DNA of 32,000 nucleotides from Puniceicoccales bacterium (GTDB lineage Bacteria; Verrucomicrobiota; Verrucomicrobiia; Opitutales; LL51): NCBI GenBank assembly GCA_031283585.1, contig JAITBP010000007.1, positions 69,327 to 101,326 of the forward strand, read 5' to 3'. Shown piece by piece: positions 23,087 to 28,799 of this stretch (position 1 is its first letter; each line of letters starts with the position of its first letter). The notes under the pieces were generated by a model. It saw only the letters and a program-made list of their open reading frames with translations, ran no database searches and was not told where the DNA came from. The position numbers and the translations under genes were made by a program.

Positions 23087-23299
23087 ATGGCGATTTGTTC
23101 TGCAATTATTTTATTCACAATCACTTCGGTGCTGGGTATGATTAGCATCTGGATAGTTTCCGGCATCTGTACGCCAACCATAAGCAAATCAAAACGTTAC
23201 GTTCTGCGTTGTGTGGCCTGCGGCAGGATATCTTGCTCGGCGCACAAGTTGACAAAATGTACAATCTGTGGGGATAATTGTCTTAGATTACTGTTTTGA
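23087..23299 (+). CDS. Hypothetical small protein: one TM helix plus a CxxC..CxxC Cys-rich tail (doubtful)
   Basis: 70-aa ORF. Hydrophobic AIILFTITSVLGMISIWIVSGI followed by CVACGRISCSAHKLTKCTICGDNC. No convincing SD, and a promoter-like element lies inside it. Confidence 0.2.
   Translation: MAICSAIILFTITSVLGMISIWIVSGICTPTISKSKRYVLRCVACGRISCSAHKLTKCTICGDNCLRLLF
23249..23278 (+). promoter_or_regulatory. Sigma-70-like promoter candidate upstream of pfp (TTGACA-N18-GATAAT)
   Basis: TTGACA at 23249-23254 and GATAAT at 23273-23278, 91 nt upstream of the pfp ATG. Sequence match only. Confidence 0.3.
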
Positions 23300-23368
23300 T
23301 AATATTAACTCTTTGATTTTAATAGGTTTATGCTTTACTGCCAGATATATTCTATTTAGGATTAAGCT

Positions 23369-24562
23369 ATGATTGTTGGTATTTTGACCGCCGGTGGAAT
23401 TGCTCCATGTTTGTCCGCTGCCGTCGGGAACTTGATTAAAAAGTACACAAAAGCGTCGCCGGAAACTGAAATCATTCTGTACAAAGATGGGTATAAGGGG
23501 CTTCTCCTTGGCGATAAGATAGTTGTGACACAGGCTCTGCGCAAAAATGCCGAAGCGTTACTTACCCACGGTGGCAGTGCCATCGGCAACAGCAGGGTTA
23601 AACTGACCAACCTGGATGATTGCGTAAAAAGAGGTTATGTATCCGCCGGACAGGATCCGCGGCAGGTTGCAGCCCGACAACTAGTTGCAGATAAAATAGA
23701 TGTGTTACATACTCTGGGTGGCGATGACACAAACACCGCTGCAGCGGATCTGGCAGAATTTTTGAAAAAAAACGGATACAATTTGGCCGTGATAGGCTTA
23801 CCGAAAACCATCGACAACGATGTGTACCCGATCTCGCAAAGTTTGGGCGCATTAACGGCCGCCGAATATGGTGCGAAATTTTTTGCGAACCTTGTCTACG
23901 AGTGTACCGCAAGTCCAAGAATGCTAATAGTTCACGAAGTTATGGGCAGACACTGCGGCTGGTTGACAGCTAAAACAGCGCACCTGTACAGGCAATCTCT
24001 CAAAACCAAACAATTCATACCAGAGATCGGGCTACCCATTGAGAAGCTTGATATTCATGGAATTTATCTACCTGAGCTGCAACTAGATATAGAAAAAGAA
24101 TCGGCCAGACTCTGCGAAATAATGGACAGGGTCGGTTGTGTAAATATATTTATGAGCGAAGGTGCCTGCCTCGATATCATCGTCGAAAAACTGGAAAAAT
24201 CCGGCACGCCAGTGAAGCGGGATCCATTTGGCCATGTCAAACTCGACCAAGTCAATCCAGGCCAATGGCTTGCGTCCGAATTCTCTAGACTTATGAGAGC
24301 TGAAAAAACCTTGGTTCAAAAAAGCGGTTACTTTGCCAGGTCAGCACCGGCAAACGGCGCTGATTTGTCAATAATCGCTGATAGTGTTGATGTTGCGATA
24401 CAGTGTGCCAGAGAACGCCGGTCCGGTGTCATAGGTTTCGATGAACAAAACAATAACAAGTTGCACTGCATAGAATTTTCGCGAATCAAGGGCGGAAAAC
24501 CGTTTGACATTGCCACTAAGTGGTTCTCTACCATGCTCCAGGAAATCGGTCAGGGAGCATAA
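23369..24562 (+). CDS. pfp: Pyrophosphate-dependent 6-phosphofructokinase (PFK-A family, PPi-type signature)
   Basis: PFK-A motifs GILTAGGIAPCLS, LGGDDT, PKTIDND and MGRHCG. The Asp in GGDD and the Lys in PKTIDND are the residues that classically distinguish PPi- from ATP-dependent enzymes. Confidence 0.85.
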   Translation: MIVGILTAGGIAPCLSAAVGNLIKKYTKASPETEIILYKDGYKGLLLGDKIVVTQALRKNAEALLTHGGSAIGNSRVKLTNLDDCVKRGYVSAGQDPRQVAARQLVADKIDVLHTLGGDDTNTAAADLAEFLKKNGYNLAVIGLPKTIDNDVYPISQSLGALTAAEYGAKFFANLVYECTASPRMLIVHEVMGRHCGWLTAKTAHLYRQSLKTKQFIPEIGLPIEKLDIHGIYLPELQLDIEKESARLCEIMDRVGCVNIFMSEGACLDIIVEKLEKSGTPVKRDPFGHVKLDQVNPGQWLASEFSRLMRAEKTLVQKSGYFARSAPANGADLSIIADSVDVAIQCARERRSGVIGFDEQNNNKLHCIEFSRIKGGKPFDIATKWFSTMLQEIGQGA

Positions 24563-24639
24563 ATTTTTCCAATCAAAAAATCTAATCACCTATTTTTCTT
24601 GTTTATACGCGAATAAATAATAGTATCATAGGCGTAGCT

Positions 24640-25377
24640 ATGGGTGTGGAGGTACTAATTGCGGAAGGTGTGGATCATAATATCCTTTCTTTCAATGAGT
24701 TATATGCAAAACAAAGGGAATGGCAAATTTCCTGCGGAGAGAATAGATTTTCTTTTGGAACCTCCGCGCCAAGTGCTATAGCCGGCGAAGAATGCACTAC
24801 AATTACCGTTTCCGTCGGCATAGATGACATAGGGCTATCGTTCTATAAGCTGCCGTCTATGCACATGTTATCGAACAGTTTTAGTAAAGAAATCGACCTA
24901 GATTCGCTCTCACCCGAAATCCAATTAATGGTCATCGAGGCCGCAGCGGGTGATATTTTAACCCGGGCAGAAACATTTTTCAGACACAACATCAGCATTT
25001 CGAAGGTTGCAAAATCCACTCGCTCCGGCGGCGGTCAGGACGAAATTTGCATGTACCTGAAGACCCAGGACGGCTCGTTCGCGACGAATTTTTACATTTC
25101 TGGAACGCCAGGAATAATGAATTTTATCCGCAAAAGCATAATAAAAACCACACCAAAAAGAATTCATAAATTCAACTCAATAGCGATCGAGTACTCTATC
25201 GAGCTCGGTCGGACGTACTTAACAAACGATGAATACCTAAGTATCGGCAAAAATGACATAATTTTTATCAAAAATAGCCACCTGGGCTCTGGCCAACCGG
25301 TCCCACTTCGAGGACTAGGAATCAGCGCAGTGATAACCGATGGTAAAGTGATAGCCAGCACGAAACCAATTCCGTAG
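24640..25377 (+). CDS. SctQ-like (HrcQa-like) T3SS cytoplasmic-ring protein, N-terminal partner of a split pair (tentative)
   Basis: 245 aa directly upstream of a SpoA-domain ORF and sctR. The C-terminal IEYSIELGRTYLTNDEYLSIGKNDIIFI resembles a SpoA/FliN fold pattern. Assignment rests on synteny and a weak motif only. Confidence 0.45.
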   Translation: MGVEVLIAEGVDHNILSFNELYAKQREWQISCGENRFSFGTSAPSAIAGEECTTITVSVGIDDIGLSFYKLPSMHMLSNSFSKEIDLDSLSPEIQLMVIEAAAGDILTRAETFFRHNISISKVAKSTRSGGGQDEICMYLKTQDGSFATNFYISGTPGIMNFIRKSIIKTTPKRIHKFNSIAIEYSIELGRTYLTNDEYLSIGKNDIIFIKNSHLGSGQPVPLRGLGISAVITDGKVIASTKPIP

Positions 25378-25389
25378 AAACGACATACC

Positions 25390-25692
25390 ATGGACAAAGA
25401 AAATCAAATAGAATATGATGACGATGATGTATCCTACGTGGATACCATCGATCCGGACGAAATCATCAAAGAAGCCTTCCCAGAAAATCCAATGGATAAT
25501 CCTCAGGGTGAAACACAACTCCCACAAGGTGAGCTGGTTATAAAACTTGACGAGGAATCAACCGAAGCGCAAAAAGAGCAAAAAAACATGGCATTCGCCG
25601 AGGCAGCCACTCCAGATCTCAGTAATTTACTTAAAAAAAAAACGATAACCCTGCAAATGTTATGGAAAACCAAAATGATCCTAGTGAAATGA
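25390..25692 (+). CDS. Acidic 100-aa ORF, possibly the 5' part of the next gene (joined by a -1 shift at A10)
   Basis: Asp/Glu-rich and disordered-looking. Overlaps the following ORF by 31 nt in another frame, and an A10 tract sits exactly where the downstream frame opens. Confidence 0.4.
   Translation: MDKENQIEYDDDDVSYVDTIDPDEIIKEAFPENPMDNPQGETQLPQGELVIKLDEESTEAQKEQKNMAFAEAATPDLSNLLKKKTITLQMLWKTKMILVK
25633..25642 (+). repeat. A10 homopolymer at the junction of ORF 25390-25692 and ORF 25662-26375
   Basis: Read directly as cttAAAAAAAAAAcg. The downstream frame opens at 25635, immediately after a TAA at 25632-25634. Confidence 0.95.
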
Positions 25693-26375
25693 CGAGCAGC
25701 GATGCGGCGAAAATCGGAATAGCCGAGAACTCTGCAGCGGAAAATCAAATCGATGCGACCAGTCAGGGCCAGACCAGGCCGGATGACAGCCCGGAATCCG
25801 CCCAGATCAGTGAGGCGACCATCGAATCCAAAGATGCTGGCTCAGAAGATGTTAACGAACAAATAACCGACGAACCAGCTGCCGATGCACCAGCCGACGG
25901 CGAACCACCTGCCGACGAACCGGCCGTCGGTGAACCGGCCCCAGCGGCCTCTTCCGTGGAAGAAATCGAACAAAGCATCGAGGAAATAAAAAGCCAAAAC
26001 GACAGCACTTTGACCGCAGTCACGCCGGAAACCACCACCAAGCCTGAACACGTCAGCGCACCGGCCATAGACGAAACCAACAGACAAACCAAGCATGCCG
26101 ATCCAGATGATGCAAAACTCGTTCCGCCGGAAGAACCAACGGAACAATATAGTAAAAAACCAAAGCATCAGGTAACACTGACCTTCGAAATATTTGATCA
26201 AAAAATACCACTCAGTGAACTGGAAACCATAGACAAAGGCTACGTTTTTTCCTGTGACAACCCGATTGAAAGCCCGGTGACCATATGCGCGAATGGTACG
26301 CCCATCGGCAGCGGCGAACTGGTGAATGTAGATGGTAAAACCGGCGTAAGAATCCTAGAGATTTTCGACAAATGA
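25662..26375 (+). CDS. sctQ: T3SS SctQ C-terminal / SpoA (FliN/HrcQb-like) domain protein with an acidic Pro-rich N-terminal region
   Basis: C-terminal VTLTFEIFDQKIPLSELETIDKGYVFSCDNPIESPVTICANGTPIGSGELVNVDGKTGVRILEI is a typical SpoA/FliN domain. ATGA overlap with the sctR start. Confidence 0.7.
   Translation: MENQNDPSEMTSSDAAKIGIAENSAAENQIDATSQGQTRPDDSPESAQISEATIESKDAGSEDVNEQITDEPAADAPADGEPPADEPAVGEPAPAASSVEEIEQSIEEIKSQNDSTLTAVTPETTTKPEHVSAPAIDETNRQTKHADPDDAKLVPPEEPTEQYSKKPKHQVTLTFEIFDQKIPLSELETIDKGYVFSCDNPIESPVTICANGTPIGSGELVNVDGKTGVRILEIFDK
25872..25946 (+). repeat. 5 x 15-bp imperfect in-frame repeat (EPAAD APADG EPPAD EPAVG EPAPA)
   Basis: Read directly: GAACCnGCnGnCGAn-type units in the linker of the SpoA-domain protein. 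Confidence 0.8.
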
Positions 26376-27025
26376 ACAGCATCTCCTTCGATCCGACCAC
26401 CATAGCCATCGTGCTCACCACACTGACCATGGCACCGTTCGTGCTCATGTTGGTATCCTCCTTCGTAAAAATAGTAGTGGTCCTAACCCTCATAAGAAAT
26501 GCGCTTGGTGTACAACAAGTTCCTCCAAATATGGTACTTAACGGTATCGCCATAATGCTTACCATCTACATAATGTACCCCATCGTCCAGGAAACCTTCG
26601 AGATAACCAAAGGATTGGAATTCGATATGAACAATATAGCTACGCTAAAGGACCCTCTGGCAAAGGCTTGTGGGCCATTAAAGAAGTTTTTAAAAAAACA
26701 TACCAAGTCCCAGGGCCGAGCATTTTTTATGAGCACAGCAAAGGAAATCTGGCCCCAGGAAATGCAAACCGGACTGGAAGAAGGTAACCTAATCGTTCTT
26801 ATCCCGGCCTTCATCGTTTCAGAACTCACAGATGCCTTCCAGATCGGATTCCTACTCTACCTGCCATTCATTGCCATAGACATGATCGTCTCTAACATCT
26901 TGCTAGCCATGGGTATGATGATGGTCTCTCCGATGACAATCTCTCTGCCATTCAAACTTATGCTGTTCGTCCTGGTCGACGGCTGGACAAAAATGATCGA
27001 AGGTATTGTAAAAACCTACAGATAA
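26372..27025 (+). CDS. sctR: T3SS export-gate protein SctR (YscR/FliP family)
   Basis: 217 aa. SFVKIVVVLTLIRNALGVQQVPPNMVLNGIAIMLTIYIMYP matches the YscR-type signature (GVQQ.PPN). The size fits SctR rather than the longer, signal-peptide-bearing FliP. Confidence 0.9.
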   Translation: MNSISFDPTTIAIVLTTLTMAPFVLMLVSSFVKIVVVLTLIRNALGVQQVPPNMVLNGIAIMLTIYIMYPIVQETFEITKGLEFDMNNIATLKDPLAKACGPLKKFLKKHTKSQGRAFFMSTAKEIWPQEMQTGLEEGNLIVLIPAFIVSELTDAFQIGFLLYLPFIAIDMIVSNILLAMGMMMVSPMTISLPFKLMLFVLVDGWTKMIEGIVKTYR

Positions 27026-27350
27026 CCAGAAATAACCCAACTACGATCACTGGATAACTCCTTGAATATCAACCACATCGTTTACTGCCAAAACCCTGGT
27101 CAATAGTTAAAAGCCAGCCGCCAATGCACCGTCCAAATCCTAATGAACGAACCAAAATCTGGCATACACCGGTCAGACCGACCTCGACATAACCCTAGCC
27201 TATTACCGTACTGAAAAATATTTAACATGACAAAAATACCACTGCTACAGCAAGCTTCTCTCCCAATACCATTGGGTTGTCAACAAAAATCTATGATAAT
27301 CTCCGATCCTTCAGGTAAACAGGACCCAGCATTGGTTTGTTCCAGGGACA

Positions 27351-27418
27351 AAAAGACATAAAAAGATATATAAAGATATAAAAAGACACAAAAGACATAA
27401 AAGACATAAAAAACATCA
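27351..27418 (+). repeat. Seven phased A-tract units (AAAAGAYATA, 9-10 bp period)
   Basis: aaaagacata aaaagatata taaagatata aaaagacaca aaagacata aaagacata aaaaacatca, read directly. Helical phasing predicts intrinsic curvature. Confidence 0.9.
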
Positions 27419-27435
27419 AATAGAACCCGGTCAAG

Positions 27436-27552
27436 TTATTCACAATGACCTGTTAATAACCTGTGAATAGCCTGTGAATTAGTGTTAATAACCTGTAGTT
27501 GTTCACATTTGTTCACATACTATTCACATAGTTATACACAGGGTTATTCACA
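27436..27552. promoter_or_regulatory. Cluster of eight DnaA-box-like 9-mers (putative oriC DnaA assembly region)
   Basis: Compared with TTATNCACA. Perfect matches: 27436 TTATTCACA, 27532 TTATACACA and 27544 TTATTCACA. One mismatch: 27462 TGTGAATAG (rc), 27473 TGTGAATTA (rc), 27499 and 27509 TTGTTCACA, 27520 CTATTCACA. The last five are co-oriented at 10-12 bp spacing. Confidence 0.7.
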
Positions 27553-27596
27553 AAAATTTCCCTCTGGATCCCTGTAATATACTTACAAATTCATAC

Positions 27597-27753
27597 TTAT
27601 TAACATATTAACGGGCCCCCTACTACTACTACTATATAAATATAAATTATTAGTAGTATATATTAACGGTCACCAGAGGAAGCATATTTCCAGCGGCCAT
27701 CTAGCAAAATTATTTATTTATTTTCTTTATATATATTTTCATATAGTATAATT
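27597..27753. promoter_or_regulatory. Putative origin unwinding region: weak DnaA box, GC cluster, CTA x5 (3'-GAT-5' trios), AT-rich DNA
   Basis: TTATTAACA at 27597; GGGCCCCC at 27613-27620; CTA x5 at 27620-27634, followed by pure A/T triplets to 27652 and then GTA GTA TAT. In 27706-27753, 45 of 48 positions are A/T. ATATTAACGG direct repeat at 27605 and 27660. Confidence 0.6.
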
Positions 27754-27764
27754 CTCGACAGTTG

Positions 27765-28799
27765 ATGGTCGCTCTGATTTTTACCATATTGATTACTTTG
27801 TTATTATCAGGGATATGCTCGCTGCTTGAAGCGGTGATATTCAGTACGGATCAAGTTGAAGTAGAGGCACTTAAAAAGAAACATAGCCGGATCGGTCGAT
27901 GGCTTGAGGATAGTAAGGACAATATCGAGGAGACCAGTTCGGCGATCCTGATACTGAACACCGTAGCAAATACCTTTGGGGCTGTGGTCGCCGGAGGCAT
28001 GGCGTCAAGAATATTTGGCGAAGATAAACTGTGGTTGTTTTCTCTGGCGATGACCGTTGTCATATTGACCATTTCGGAAATACTCCCAAAAAACATCGGT
28101 ATAGCCTACCGGAGAAAACTACAAAGGATTGTGGTCTATCCGCTTAGGTTCATTCTGTTCATCATGTATCCGCTGTCAAAACTCTGTAGATTGATGGTGA
28201 GAATCCTGATACCACAGAAAAAAATGGCGAGTTACTCCGAACGAGACATACTTCTAATGACCGAAAAAGGTGTGCGGGACGGTACGCTTACGAAGATAGA
28301 AAGTCGAATGATAGCCAATGTGGTCAATATGGATAGCACCGAAGTGGCCCAGGTTATGACACCACTGGGTGATCTTACTTCCTACGATCAAAATAAAACG
28401 ATTCGTGATGTTTTTTCACTGGACAAGGATATTCCCATAGGCCGATTGCCTGTTTATGCCGAATATCCCGAGAATCTGGTGGGAATAGTTTTGCGCAGAA
28501 ACATACTTAAAGCCTTTGCCGATGGTGAGGTATCCAAACAGCTGAGAGAATTGATGCAAACACCGAAGGTCATTGATAGTGAAAGTCTTGTGGCCACAGC
28601 TCTCCACGAGTTCCTGACCGAGGCCTGTCAGCTTGCATTTGTAAAAAAAGAGAATAAAATAATCGGCATACTTACTTTGGATGATATTTTTGAGCATATA
28701 ACTGGCATAGAAATTGCTGAGAATGATGACGTTGAGGTAAGAAAAAGTGTTAAAAATGTTGCTAAACGGAAGCTGAAGTTCCAGAAACGGCGCAAATGA
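27765..28799 (+). CDS. CNNM/DUF21 transmembrane domain plus CBS-pair protein (TlyC/CorC-like putative divalent-cation transporter; no CorC_HlyC C-terminal domain seen)
   Basis: N-terminal multi-TM region with SEILPKNIG (DUF21 signature), followed by a CBS-pair-like region (VAQVMTPL, PVYAEYPENLVGIVLRRNIL, IIGILTLDDIFEHITG). TTG 27762 is also in frame. Confidence 0.8.
   Translation: MVALIFTILITLLLSGICSLLEAVIFSTDQVEVEALKKKHSRIGRWLEDSKDNIEETSSAILILNTVANTFGAVVAGGMASRIFGEDKLWLFSLAMTVVILTISEILPKNIGIAYRRKLQRIVVYPLRFILFIMYPLSKLCRLMVRILIPQKKMASYSERDILLMTEKGVRDGTLTKIESRMIANVVNMDSTEVAQVMTPLGDLTSYDQNKTIRDVFSLDKDIPIGRLPVYAEYPENLVGIVLRRNILKAFADGEVSKQLRELMQTPKVIDSESLVATALHEFLTEACQLAFVKKENKIIGILTLDDIFEHITGIEIAENDDVEVRKSVKNVAKRKLKFQKRRK

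Noticed and set aside
23111-23119. Isolated perfect DnaA box TTATTCACA just after rplQ
   Set aside because: A single 9-mer with 8 fixed positions is expected about once by chance in a window this size and this AT-rich. It has no accompanying boxes.
24599-24626. TTGTTT-N16-TAGTAT promoter-like match upstream of the T3SS module; also TATAAT at 27747-27752 just before the CNNM start, and TTGACA at 30387
   Set aside because: The -35 or -10 halves are weak or unmatched, and the leaders would be only a few nt long. In AT-rich intergenic DNA such hexamers are expected by chance, so they are not reported as features.
25763-26201. Two minus-strand ORFs (109 and 119 aa) opposite the SpoA-domain gene
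   Set aside because: They arise from the GC-rich 15-bp repeat region (reverse complement of EPAAD-type repeats). The + frame ends in a clear SpoA domain and is ATGA-coupled to sctR.
27351-27418. Short repeat arrays (27351, 29161, 30841, 31657) considered as CRISPR or as a mobile-element terminus
   Set aside because: The units are 9-10 bp with no spacers, far too short for CRISPR. There are no flanking inverted repeats, no transposase or integrase, and no cas genes anywhere in the window.
27026-27761. Search for a hidden sctS/sctT, tRNA, tmRNA, RNase P or SRP RNA gene in the large gap
   Set aside because: There are stops in all forward frames and no hydrophobic 80-90 aa ORF. No GGTTCGAATCC-type T-loop, GAGGAAAGTCC (RNase P) or GGAAGCAGCC (SRP) signatures were found on either strand by eye.
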